From Natronomonas sp. (lineage in GTDB: Archaea; Halobacteriota; Halobacteria; Halobacteriales; Haloarculaceae), in the NCBI GenBank assembly GCA_040409725.1, contig JARWGK010000105.1, positions 1,808 through 65,807 of the forward strand: a DNA stretch of 64,000 nt. The letters are read 5' to 3'. This document shows, in pieces, positions 8,869 through 17,903 of this stretch; position 1 is the first letter of the stretch; every line of letters begins with the position of its first letter. The notes beneath the pieces are model-generated. The model ran no database searches, had not been told where the DNA came from, and saw only the letters and a list, made by a program, of their open reading frames with translations. The position numbers and the translations under genes are program-made.

Positions 8869-9558
8869 ATGGACGGGTATTTCAACACGAAGAGTCCGGA
8901 ACTCGACGAACTCCTCGGCGGCGGCGTCCTCTACGGCGAAGGGACTCTGATCAAGTATCACGCCGACGGAGCCGCAGACGGCCTCTTCGTCAACGCCGGC
9001 ATCGACGTCGTCGACAACATGCTGACCGCCGTGTTGCTCCCGAGACAGTCGCTCTCGCCAACGGAACTCGAGAAGTATCTCGAGATGCTGGGTGCCTCAC
9101 TCGATGCGCTCCTCGAACACAACCAACTTTTCGTCCTCGACACCGAAGATCGGTGGGAGGAGCGAAAGAATGTCTTCCACGTCGAGACGCTTACCGACAT
9201 CCAGACGGCGACGGAGACGGCACTCGAACGCTCACGCGCCCGTGGCACCGTTCATATGTCCGACGTGGGTGCAGTCGAAGCCGCCATCGGTGCCGCCGAC
9301 GCTCGGACGCTGCGGCGGTGGTACCAGACCGACTGCTTCCGCGGCGACCGGGATTTTCTCCTGGAGGGTGCCCCCGTCCACCGGCTTCCCGACGACCTGA
9401 TCGAGTTCTACGAATCGATGGACAGACAGGTGCTCGACGTCGAACAGACCACAGGTGGCGACCTCCGGTTGACGATCGAGGCCGCTCCAGACGGGGCTGT
9501 CGGGGCGACCCGAACGCTACAGTTCAGCACCGAACGGCCATTCGTCCGGATCCTCTGA
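8869..9558 (+). CDS. single degenerate KaiC/RAD55-like domain protein
   Basis: TKSPELDELLGGG start, NQLFVLD and ARTLRRWYQT match the C-terminal domain of 6530-8059; no Walker A lysine. Confidence 0.75.
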   Translation: MDGYFNTKSPELDELLGGGVLYGEGTLIKYHADGAADGLFVNAGIDVVDNMLTAVLLPRQSLSPTELEKYLEMLGASLDALLEHNQLFVLDTEDRWEERKNVFHVETLTDIQTATETALERSRARGTVHMSDVGAVEAAIGAADARTLRRWYQTDCFRGDRDFLLEGAPVHRLPDDLIEFYESMDRQVLDVEQTTGGDLRLTIEAAPDGAVGATRTLQFSTERPFVRIL

Positions 9559-9590
9559 CACGCGGTGCCGCGGTATCCCGACAGGCCGTC

Positions 9591-10811
9591 TCAACACCAT
9601 TCCTCGTACTGATACACGCGAGCGCGGTTCAGCGGCTCCGGTTCGCGATCGGTGCCGTCGTAGGCCGCCCGGTGGGTCTCGTAGGAAATCGACAGCGAAC
9701 CCTCCGGATCGAGGTCCCGTGGGATCGTCTCCTCGGCCCGTCGGCGGTTCCAGGCTTCCAGTGCGTCGGTGCCGGACTCCGAAAGCGGTTCGATTTCGAG
9801 GGCCTCTGCAGCCGTTTCGAGGGCCCGCTTTCCGCGTTCGCTCCGGGTGATCAGCGTCGTCGCGTCGTTCGGACTACCGATCGTTCCGGCGCTGATGTCG
9901 GCCGCCCGCCCGGTGAAGTCGGCACACTCGTCACAGCCACGCAACACCGCAGTCGAGAGGTCCTCCAGGTCGACCGACAGCAGTTCCCGGCCGTCCTCGT
10001 CGTAGACCGTGACCGCGCTGCCGATCACCTGCAGCCCCTCGACGGCCGTCGGATCGACGCCGTGGTCTGCGATCAGCGATCGGAGCCGATCGGCCTCGAA
10101 GCTGCTCGTACACATGAGCGAGACGGTGAGATCGACGCTCGCCAGATCGTCCTCGCGTCCGAATTCGAGCAGGGCGGCGGCTCCCTCGATGACACACGGC
10201 GTTCCGACGAGTGCCAGATCCGGGTCCTCGAGTCCGGAATCCTTCAGAAGCTCTCTGAGACGCCCCAGTTGCATCGTCTGGCTGTAGACGCTGCCGGCCG
10301 TCTCGATCAGTTCCGTCGGTGACGTGACCAGGGCGGCCTCGCCTCCGAACGCGTCGTTGTCGCTTGCGACGACGGCGCCGTCGATCGCTCCGGCCGACAG
10401 CAGCGATGCGAGCAGGGCGGTGACGGCACCGCCGTTTTCTCCGGCGTCGTGGACCACGGACTCCGTTGCCCGGGCGGCGTAGGTTTCCGGCTCGGGTCGG
10501 GAGGCCTCGATCGTCTCGAGGACCCGTTCGTACCGCAGTCCGGCCCGTGGGCAGTAGTCCCAACACCGCGAGCAGCCGGTACACATCTTCACGAGCGTCG
10601 GCCGCCCTTCGAGTTCGTCGATCCCGAGTGAGTTCGACGGACAGGCCGCAACACAGCTACCACACTGGACACAGCGACCCGATTCGATCACCGCCTCGTC
10701 CAGATCGCGGAACCACGTCTTTCCGGCCGGTTCGTTCACGTCCGAATCGTCCCGTGGGTCGTTGCCGACCGACGGGGATCGCGTTTCGTAGGTATCGTTC
10801 GATTTCGACAT
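9591..10811 (-). CDS. coenzyme F420 hydrogenase/dehydrogenase beta-subunit family protein (FrhB/FpoF-like) with 2x[4Fe-4S] ferredoxin domain
   Basis: CVQCGSCVAAC and CTGCSRCWDYC, GGAVTALL, AGSVY, LVGTPC, CDECADF, DISAG. Confidence 0.88.
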   Translation of the reverse strand: MSKSNDTYETRSPSVGNDPRDDSDVNEPAGKTWFRDLDEAVIESGRCVQCGSCVAACPSNSLGIDELEGRPTLVKMCTGCSRCWDYCPRAGLRYERVLETIEASRPEPETYAARATESVVHDAGENGGAVTALLASLLSAGAIDGAVVASDNDAFGGEAALVTSPTELIETAGSVYSQTMQLGRLRELLKDSGLEDPDLALVGTPCVIEGAAALLEFGREDDLASVDLTVSLMCTSSFEADRLRSLIADHGVDPTAVEGLQVIGSAVTVYDEDGRELLSVDLEDLSTAVLRGCDECADFTGRAADISAGTIGSPNDATTLITRSERGKRALETAAEALEIEPLSESGTDALEAWNRRRAEETIPRDLDPEGSLSISYETHRAAYDGTDREPEPLNRARVYQYEEWC

Positions 10812-13207
10812 CAGTCTCCCTCCGCTTGCTTCGTGATCGGTCCTGTCTCTGCTCGTCCGGTCACGATTCGATAGAGCCGTTCCTCCGAGGCCGAATCGAG
10901 GAAGTCACTCACGTCGCCGTCTGCGGCGGTGACGAGACGGCGGACGATCGCCGGCAACCGCTCGGTCGGCACCTCCGTCGTCAGCCAGTCGGCGAACGTC
11001 TCGGCGCCGAGATCGCCGCCGAGTCCGATGTCGACCGCCGGCTTCGTCCCCGACTCGTCGCGGTGGGTTTCCCCTCGCAGGGCGATGTCGGCGATCTGTG
11101 GCTGTGCACAGGATGCCGAACAGCCGCTCATGTGGAGCCGGACGACCTCGGGTGGGTCCTCGAGTTCGGCCTCGACCCACTCGTCGAGTTCACGCGCCCA
11201 CCGAAAGCCCCGAGATTTCGTCTCGATGACGCCGTAGCTGCAGAACTCCGATCCGGTGCAGGTGACGATCCCGCGGCTGAAGGGACCCGGATCGGGGCTG
11301 TACCGATCCAGCAGGTCCGTACTCCGGAGCCGCTCTAGGTCCTCCGAACTGACGCCGGTCAGGACGACGTTCTGGTTGGGCGTCAGCCGGAGCCGGCCGT
11401 CGCCGTAGGTTTCGGCCAACTCGCCCAGCCGAGCGAACTCCGAGCCGCCGATCCGTCCGGTGGGGAGACACAGTCCGACCCGGTAGGTCCCGTCGGATTC
11501 CGGCTGAACGCCGACGTGATCACCCCGGTAGCCGGTCGTCAGATCCTCGCCGCCGTCCTCGAACGCGAAGGGAAGGTACGACTCGAGTTCCGATCGGAAT
11601 CGGTCGATGCCCCACTCCGCGACGATGAACTTCAGACGGTTGACCGCGGTGTCGAGGTAGCTGCCGTGATCGATGAACAACTCCGCCGCGGCGAGGGTAA
11701 CGGGCGTGACCTGATCCGGCTCGAGGAACACGCCGAGGTCAGTTCCGACGCGCGGTCCGTCGGAGAGTCCGCCACCGACGGTGACGTGAAAGCCCTCACG
11801 GCCATCCTTCCGTGCCGGTCGGAAGCCGAGATCCTGAATCTCCGCCCGTCCGCAGTTCTCCCGACAGCCGACGACGCTCACCTTCAGCTTCCGTGGCAGA
11901 TTCGCGTACCGACGTTCTCCCTCGAAGGCGTCGGCGATTTCCTCGGCGATCGCATCCGGATCCAGCGTCGTGTCGGCGTGGCTGTGGTCGGGTGTGGGAC
12001 AGGAGACGACGTTCCTGAGGGTGTTTCCACTCGCCTGAAGCGTCGTCAGCCCAACCGCCTCGTAGCGATCCCAGATCTCGGGGACGTCCTCCGGTGAGAT
12101 CCAGTGCATCTGGATCCCCTGTCTGGTCGTCACGTCGAGGAAGCCGTCGCCGAAGATCGGATTCTGCTCGTCACCGCCGTGTTCTGGCGGTGCACACGCA
12201 AACTCCTCGGCAATCCTTCCGAGGGTCTTCGCCTGGGCTGCGGTCAGACGCCCGGCCGGAACCTTCGTCCGAAGCATGAAGTGGTCGTCCTGCTTTTGGG
12301 TGTACAGTCCGAGCAGGTGGAGGCGGCTGAAGATGTCCTCGCCGAGTTCCTCGGAGAGCCCGTCGAACCCCTTCGGGGCGACCTGACGCACCGCCTCGTG
12401 TAACTGCACCGGATCCCAGCCGGCCGATTCCCGACGGATCCAGTCCGTCAGACTCCCTTCGTAGAACCGGACGTCCTCGAATCCCAGCTCCCGCAGGACG
12501 ACGTAGGTGTGACTGAGCCGTCTGGCGGTGTTGCAGTACAGCAGGATCTCGTCGTCCCGGGAGATTCCCCGCTCTTCGAGTTCGGCTTCGATCTCCGCCC
12601 GCGGACGGAGCCGTCTGTCTGGGCCGACGAGCGCCTCCCATCCTAGCTGCAGTGCTCCCGGAATATGGGCCTGATCGTACTCCGCCTCCGTCCTCGTGTC
12701 GACGAGCTTCGCCTCGGCCCGCTCCGTCGCCTCCTCGACGGCCTTCCGGTCGGCGATCGGCGGATGCTCCGGTGGATCGGCGTCGTAGCACACCGGGGTC
12801 GAATCCGGTTCGTTCGTCGTGGTTTCACGACCGCGTCGCCAGACGGTGATGTCACCGTCCAGGAGGGACAACTCGCCGCGGTGGCCACAGACCGCCGCCG
12901 TGAGAAGAAAGCGGGCGGCGTTGACGCCTCGATCCCCGTCGTAGGCGACGACGTGATCGTCTGCTGTGACCCCGGCAGATCCGAGCAGTTCGGCAAACTC
13001 CTCGGGATCCGGCAGCATCCCGGGTGTGACCGTACTCGGGTCGCGGAACGAATCGAGCGGTACGTTGATCGCCCCCGGGATGTGGCCGGCGCGATACTCC
13101 TGTGGATCTCTCGTGTCGACGACGGTGACCGACGAGAGGGTGTCACGGAGCGCACCCGGAGACAGGAACACGTCTGTCGGTTGTTCGAGCATACGCTGTA
13201 TGGTCAT
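10811..13207 (-). CDS. fusion of tandem-rhodanese sulfurtransferase and ferredoxin-type nitrite/sulfite reductase (siroheme/[4Fe-4S])
   Basis: N-terminal DTR...GHIPGA rhodanese repeats with active-site LYCNTARR and FYEGSLTDW; C-terminal MLRTKVPAG, TTRQGIQMH, LPRKLK, CTGSEFC...SGCSASC; start at ATG 13207. Confidence 0.9.
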   Translation of the reverse strand: MTIQRMLEQPTDVFLSPGALRDTLSSVTVVDTRDPQEYRAGHIPGAINVPLDSFRDPSTVTPGMLPDPEEFAELLGSAGVTADDHVVAYDGDRGVNAARFLLTAAVCGHRGELSLLDGDITVWRRGRETTTNEPDSTPVCYDADPPEHPPIADRKAVEEATERAEAKLVDTRTEAEYDQAHIPGALQLGWEALVGPDRRLRPRAEIEAELEERGISRDDEILLYCNTARRLSHTYVVLRELGFEDVRFYEGSLTDWIRRESAGWDPVQLHEAVRQVAPKGFDGLSEELGEDIFSRLHLLGLYTQKQDDHFMLRTKVPAGRLTAAQAKTLGRIAEEFACAPPEHGGDEQNPIFGDGFLDVTTRQGIQMHWISPEDVPEIWDRYEAVGLTTLQASGNTLRNVVSCPTPDHSHADTTLDPDAIAEEIADAFEGERRYANLPRKLKVSVVGCRENCGRAEIQDLGFRPARKDGREGFHVTVGGGLSDGPRVGTDLGVFLEPDQVTPVTLAAAELFIDHGSYLDTAVNRLKFIVAEWGIDRFRSELESYLPFAFEDGGEDLTTGYRGDHVGVQPESDGTYRVGLCLPTGRIGGSEFARLGELAETYGDGRLRLTPNQNVVLTGVSSEDLERLRSTDLLDRYSPDPGPFSRGIVTCTGSEFCSYGVIETKSRGFRWARELDEWVEAELEDPPEVVRLHMSGCSASCAQPQIADIALRGETHRDESGTKPAVDIGLGGDLGAETFADWLTTEVPTERLPAIVRRLVTAADGDVSDFLDSASEERLYRIVTGRAETGPITKQAEGD

Positions 13208-13449
13208 AGTACCACCCCTACTGTATGGGTTCCTGAGCGGGAAACAACGGCACCAACCGCGGACGCCTCGCCCATCCGTGCTACTCTGGTATTTGAGATA
13301 GGTTCTCGGAGCGTTCGGCGCTTTGAGGTGCTGTACCCGGCGAATACGCGGATCGCAGCGCGGCCGGAAAAACGGACACGATTGCCGGATTCGTGGCGGC
13401 ACACGGGTCGTGTCTCCTCGGTGGCTGTCGCGGTCCCCCGACCCGGGTC

Positions 13450-13485
13450 GGTCAGTCCGTTGCGGGCGGTCAGTCCGTTGTGGGC
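13450..13485. repeat. 18-bp tandem duplication spanning the histidine kinase stop codon
   Basis: ggtcagtccgttgcgggc (13450-13467) followed by ggtcagtccgttgtgggc (13468-13485), 1 mismatch. Confidence 0.7.
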
Positions 13486-15446
13486 GGTCGGTTCGTGCCG
13501 GGTTCTGTCACCCGAACCGTGCGCTCGTCGTCCCGGATCTCGAAGCGAGCCCCACCGTCTCGGCCGTCGGTTACGGTTATCTGCCAGCCGTGGGCCTCGA
13601 CGATCTCCTCGACGATCGCCAGTCCGAAGCCGGTTCCCTGTTCTGCGGTGGTGTAGCCCGACTCGAACACCTGGTTTCGGTCTTCCGGTGGGATCCCGGG
13701 TCCGTCGTCCTCGACGTAGAACCCGTCCTCCAGATCGCCGACCCGAACGACCACCGAGGAAACCTCGTCCTCGTCGTCACCTTCGGCCTCCGGCCGATTG
13801 CTCGTGGAGCTGTGCTCCACGCTGTCACCGGGAGCGTCAGCGACCGGTGGCTCGGAAGAGCTTGCTCTTCCGGTGTCGTCGGACTTCGTCCGACTATTCG
13901 TCGAACTATGTTCGACGCTATTCCGATACAGATTCTCGAACAGCTCCTTGATGCGGCTCGGGTCTGCGTGGACCGTTCCGCTCGCGGTGATTTCGATCTG
14001 TGCCCCGTCTGTGGCGACGTTTTGCCACGTCGATTCGGCGACACCGCGGAGCCCGACCGTCTCGCGTTCGTCGACGGTCTCGCCCTGTCTCGCCAGCCTG
14101 AGGAGGTCTTCGAGCAGCTCCTCCATTCGATCGAGCGCCGACACCGCTTCGGCCAGCTCCTCGCCCTCGAAGTCGGCCTGTGCCAACTCGACGTACCCGC
14201 GGGCGACGTTCAGCGGATTTCGCAGGTCGTGGCTGACGATGCTCGTAAACTCCTCGAGTCGGTCCCGTTCCCGACGGAGCTGCCAGTACTGCTCTTCTTC
14301 CTTCCCCACGTCGACGACCGTTCCGATCACCGCCGGTTCGCCTTCGAGTTCGATCCCCCGGCCGAGGAGTTCGACGTTGATCGTCTCGCCGTCGGGCGTC
14401 ACCGCGATGTACGGCTGCCGGATCGATTCGGCGTCGCCGCCTTCGACCTGCCGGAGGTTTTCTGCGAGCCGATCCCGATCGGCCGGCTCGACGAGTTCGA
14501 GCAGCGACTCCTCGACGAGTTCGTTCGCGGTCGATCGATACCCGAACAGCTCCGCGAAGGGTTCGTTGTGGTAGATGATCGTCTCGTTTCGGGCGATGTA
14601 GATGCCGACGAGATTCTGCTCGACGAGCAGCTGATACCGCTGTTTCGCCTTTGCGAGTGTCCGTTCGCGCTCCTTCCGCTCGGAGATATCGCGGAGCACG
14701 CCGAGTGAACCCTGGAAGCGCTCACCCTCGTACGGCAACACGCCCATGTGGTCCTCACACGGCACCGGAGCACCCTCCTTCGGCTGTATCTCCACCTCGA
14801 AGGTGACGCTATCGGGTCCCGCCTCGGAGAGGATCTCCCCGAGCTTTCTTTCGCCGGTCGCCACAGCATCCGGATCCTTGATGATCGACGGCTTCGACCC
14901 GATGATCTCGCGTCTGTCGTATCCCACGAGGTCGAGAAACGCCTCGTTGACGTACGTGAACCGACCGTCGGTGTCGAGAATGTACACCGGGTCGTCGAGT
15001 GCCTGCAACAGCGTTTTGAATCGATCGCTGTCACGCTCTGCCCGCGCCGTCCGTATGTCGTGTTTGATTCGCTCTGCGACGTATTCGAAGGTTTCCGAGG
15101 TGCCCTTCTGGATGTAACTCGATGCGCCCGCGTTGAGGGCGTCGGCCGCGACCGTCTCATTGCCCTCGCCAGTCAGCAGAATAAACGGTACCGACGCATC
15201 CGGGAACTGCCGACGAAACGTCTGCAGAAATTCGATGCCGTCCGTTCCGGGCATCTGGTAGTCGCTGACGATACAGTCGATTTCCTCCCGCTCGTCGGTG
15301 AGTCGTCTCAGTGCAGCCTCGGCAGTTTGCTCCGTTATCACTTCGAACCGCTCGTCTTCTCGTTCGAGAAATTCCGCAGTGAGTTCGCCAAATTCGGCGT
15401 CGTCGTCGACGTGCAGGATCCGGATCGAGCGACCCATGTTGGACAT
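13470..15446 (-). CDS. hybrid sensor histidine kinase (REC-PAS-PAS-HisKA-HATPase)
   Basis: ILHVDDD/CIVSDYQMP/ILLTG receiver, two PAS-like repeats, H-box SHDLRNPL, N-box ENLYRNSVEH, G boxes VEDDGPGI and GTGFGL. Confidence 0.92.
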   Translation of the reverse strand: MSNMGRSIRILHVDDDAEFGELTAEFLEREDERFEVITEQTAEAALRRLTDEREEIDCIVSDYQMPGTDGIEFLQTFRRQFPDASVPFILLTGEGNETVAADALNAGASSYIQKGTSETFEYVAERIKHDIRTARAERDSDRFKTLLQALDDPVYILDTDGRFTYVNEAFLDLVGYDRREIIGSKPSIIKDPDAVATGERKLGEILSEAGPDSVTFEVEIQPKEGAPVPCEDHMGVLPYEGERFQGSLGVLRDISERKERERTLAKAKQRYQLLVEQNLVGIYIARNETIIYHNEPFAELFGYRSTANELVEESLLELVEPADRDRLAENLRQVEGGDAESIRQPYIAVTPDGETINVELLGRGIELEGEPAVIGTVVDVGKEEEQYWQLRRERDRLEEFTSIVSHDLRNPLNVARGYVELAQADFEGEELAEAVSALDRMEELLEDLLRLARQGETVDERETVGLRGVAESTWQNVATDGAQIEITASGTVHADPSRIKELFENLYRNSVEHSSTNSRTKSDDTGRASSSEPPVADAPGDSVEHSSTSNRPEAEGDDEDEVSSVVVRVGDLEDGFYVEDDGPGIPPEDRNQVFESGYTTAEQGTGFGLAIVEEIVEAHGWQITVTDGRDGGARFEIRDDERTVRVTEPGTNRPPTTD

Positions 15447-15520
15447 TCACTACTGCCGGTAATGCATCTTTTGATCGTTCGGAACGATAGTTCATGGATT
15501 GACAGGATCGTCGATCTGGC

Positions 15521-15706
15521 TCAAAATGCCATCCGAAGCGCCCAGATCACCGCGGCGACGGCGACGACGACGGCCGGGGCGACGGTACCGGCTGTGACAC
15601 CGAAGGCGTCGAACAGGACGACCACGACGGCCCCGGACAGGACGATAAACAGCAGCTGTAGTGCAACGATACCGGCATCCGAAATGTCGCTATCCGTCGT
15701 CGACAT
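15521..15706 (-). CDS. small membrane protein (about 61 aa, two TM helices)
   Basis: Acidic N-terminus MSTTDSDISD then two hydrophobic segments; start at ATG 15706 avoids overlap with the upstream gene. Confidence 0.55.
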   Translation of the reverse strand: MSTTDSDISDAGIVALQLLFIVLSGAVVVVLFDAFGVTAGTVAPAVVVAVAAVIWALRMAF

Positions 15707-15735
15707 ACCCGATCCTTCGAACTTCTGCCACCTCT

Positions 15736-16650
15736 TTATTCCGGTCTCCTCGTAATATATTCCAGTTGACACTCTGGACAAATGTCACCGGTTCGTAACG
15801 AAGTGGATTCGACGTGCTGTGTCATCCCGCAGTTCGGACAGCGGAGCCGTTCCGATCGACCTGAACCGGATTCCGTCTCCCCTGTGGCTTTCGACCGCCG
15901 ATTTTTCTCCCACTTCTCCGGCCCTTTGCCGTCGTTTGCCGCCTCTCCCGGCCACCGCCCGCTCCGTTCCTCGGACGTGTCGTCGAGGATCACCGCGTCG
16001 TCGTCGGGGCGGCCGTCGTCGAACGCCTCCGATTCCGTTTCCCCAGATTCGGTATCGGTCGCCGATCCAGCCGCCGACTCACGCTTCATTTCCCCATCTG
16101 TTTTCGTCTCCGGCACTGACGTCTGTGACTCCTCCGAGGCTGATGTCTGTGACCCTTCCGAGGCTGTCGTCGCCTCGCTGTCGGTCGTCGCTGTCTCGCT
16201 CGAATCGCCCGTATTCGTTCGATCCGACGATGGGGTCACCGATGATTTCGCCTCGGCGCCGGGATCCGTCGAAACGGAGTCGGCCGCATCCTCGGGAGAC
16301 GAATCGAGCGCGGCCTGTTTCGAATCGTCCCGCCTCGCTGTGGGTGTTGTATCGGTGGTGTTCGCCTCCGCCTCGTCGCTCACTCGGCCTTCCTCGGGAG
16401 CGGTGTCGTCCCGTTTCTCCGGGTGATCGGCCTCTGTTTCCGATCGCGTCGAGTCGGTGTCTGTCCTCTTCGGGGTGTCCTCGTCGAGGCCGACCACTGC
16501 CGTATTCTGGGTGATTATCTCCTCTTCCCCACACCGGCGACACTGCCTCACGTCACGTGTGACGATGACCAGTTCACCGTCCTGCCTCTCTCGCTCCTGT
16601 TCGTGTTCTGGATTCGTGAAATCGTGGCCGAACAGACACCTGAAACCCAT
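15736..16650 (-). CDS. hypothetical protein with terminal Zn-finger motifs and long acidic low-complexity linker (DUF7093-like)
   Basis: MGFRCLFGHDF...CRRC at the N-terminus, CPNC...GDICPEC at the C-terminus, D/E/S/T-rich middle; start at ATG 16650. Confidence 0.78.
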   Translation of the reverse strand: MGFRCLFGHDFTNPEHEQERERQDGELVIVTRDVRQCRRCGEEEIITQNTAVVGLDEDTPKRTDTDSTRSETEADHPEKRDDTAPEEGRVSDEAEANTTDTTPTARRDDSKQAALDSSPEDAADSVSTDPGAEAKSSVTPSSDRTNTGDSSETATTDSEATTASEGSQTSASEESQTSVPETKTDGEMKRESAAGSATDTESGETESEAFDDGRPDDDAVILDDTSEERSGRWPGEAANDGKGPEKWEKNRRSKATGETESGSGRSERLRCPNCGMTQHVESTSLRTGDICPECQLEYITRRPE

Positions 16651-16697
16651 CACTCGAAACGTGGGCACTGTAGTATAAAAATCCGGCACCTGACCGC

Positions 16698-17903
16698 TCA
16701 CCGTGGGTCGAGCCGGACGATCGGTGCATCTCTGTCGTCGACCGCAACGTAGAGACGATCCGTGTCGGGAGCCACCGCAACGTCCCGCACTCGCCAGCCG
16801 CGTCCGGCGAGCAGTGGATCGCGTTCCTCGACCGCCCGCCCGTCGACGGCGAATCGACCGAGGTACTCTCCGGCCAGATTCCCGACGAAGAGATCCCCCT
16901 GCCAGTCGGGAAACGCCGACCCGTCGTAGAACGTCGCACCCGACGGCGGAAACCCACCCGATCCACACTCCCAGTAGTACACGGGATTCACGACGTCGTC
17001 GCGTTCGTGTGGCTGCTCACCGATCGGGTCGCCCGACGTGTAGCTACACCCGTAGTGTGTCACCGGCCAGCCGTAGTTGCCGCCTGCCTCGAGGACGTTT
17101 ATTTCATCGCCGTCCTGTTCGCCGTGTTCACTCTGCCAGATCTCTCCGGTTTCGGGATGGACGGTCATTCCCTGGACGTTTCGGTGTCCGTAGCTGAAGA
17201 TCGAATCCCGAACGTCCGGGTCGTCGACGAACGGATTGTCCCCGGGAATCGATCCCTTGCTCGTGAGCCGCAGCGTGGCCCCGAGTTCGTTCGTCGTGTC
17301 CTGTGAGACGTGATCCGGCCCGAAATCTTTGAACTGCCGATCGCCGGTCGTCACGTAGAGCATTCCATCGGGGCCGAAGAGCACCCGAGAGCCGTAGTGG
17401 CCACTCGAATCGACGAACGGCCCGGCGACGTGTATCGTCTCGAAGTCGACGAGCCGCTTCCCTTCCCGATCGAATCGGCCTCTCCCGAGGTGAGTCGCCG
17501 TCTCTCCGGCCTCGTTTTCGGCTGCGTAGGTCAGATACACCCACGGCTGGGCCGGGAAATCCGGATGGATCGCCACGTCGAGCAGCCCGCCCTGCCCGAC
17601 CGCGTGTACCTCCGGCGTTCCGTCGAGTTCTTCGATCGATCCCGTCTCGCGGTCGAGGAGATTCAACTGACCGGTTCGCTCCGTGACGAGCATCGCCGAC
17701 TCCTCCGGCAGGAACTCGATTCCCCACGGGTGTGTCAGCCCATCGGCGACCGTTTCGAGCCTGAAATCCCCGTCTTCTCCGCCCGACTCTTCGGTCTCCT
17801 CGGAGAAGCTGACACAGCCACCGAGTGCAACCGCCGCCACCGCCGGTGTCGTTCGCAACACGGTGCGCCGATCGATTCTGTCTGGTGTCTTCATCGTAGT
17901 CAC
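16698..17903 (-). CDS. PQQ-dependent glucose/sorbosone dehydrogenase family lipoprotein (Tat)
   Basis: DRRTVL Tat motif, LGGC lipobox, GLTHPWGI, GQGGLLD, HYGSR, YGHRNVQG, GGNYGWP; GTG start overlaps upstream stop (alternative ATG 17894). Confidence 0.9.
   Translation of the reverse strand: MTTMKTPDRIDRRTVLRTTPAVAAVALGGCVSFSEETEESGGEDGDFRLETVADGLTHPWGIEFLPEESAMLVTERTGQLNLLDRETGSIEELDGTPEVHAVGQGGLLDVAIHPDFPAQPWVYLTYAAENEAGETATHLGRGRFDREGKRLVDFETIHVAGPFVDSSGHYGSRVLFGPDGMLYVTTGDRQFKDFGPDHVSQDTTNELGATLRLTSKGSIPGDNPFVDDPDVRDSIFSYGHRNVQGMTVHPETGEIWQSEHGEQDGDEINVLEAGGNYGWPVTHYGCSYTSGDPIGEQPHERDDVVNPVYYWECGSGGFPPSGATFYDGSAFPDWQGDLFVGNLAGEYLGRFAVDGRAVEERDPLLAGRGWRVRDVAVAPDTDRLYVAVDDRDAPIVRLDPR

Noticed and set aside
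13208-13402. 65-aa N-terminal extension of the rhodanese-reductase ORF
   Set aside because: Basic and non-halophilic; ATG 13207 gives a normal rhodanese N-terminus, so this is treated as promoter/UTR
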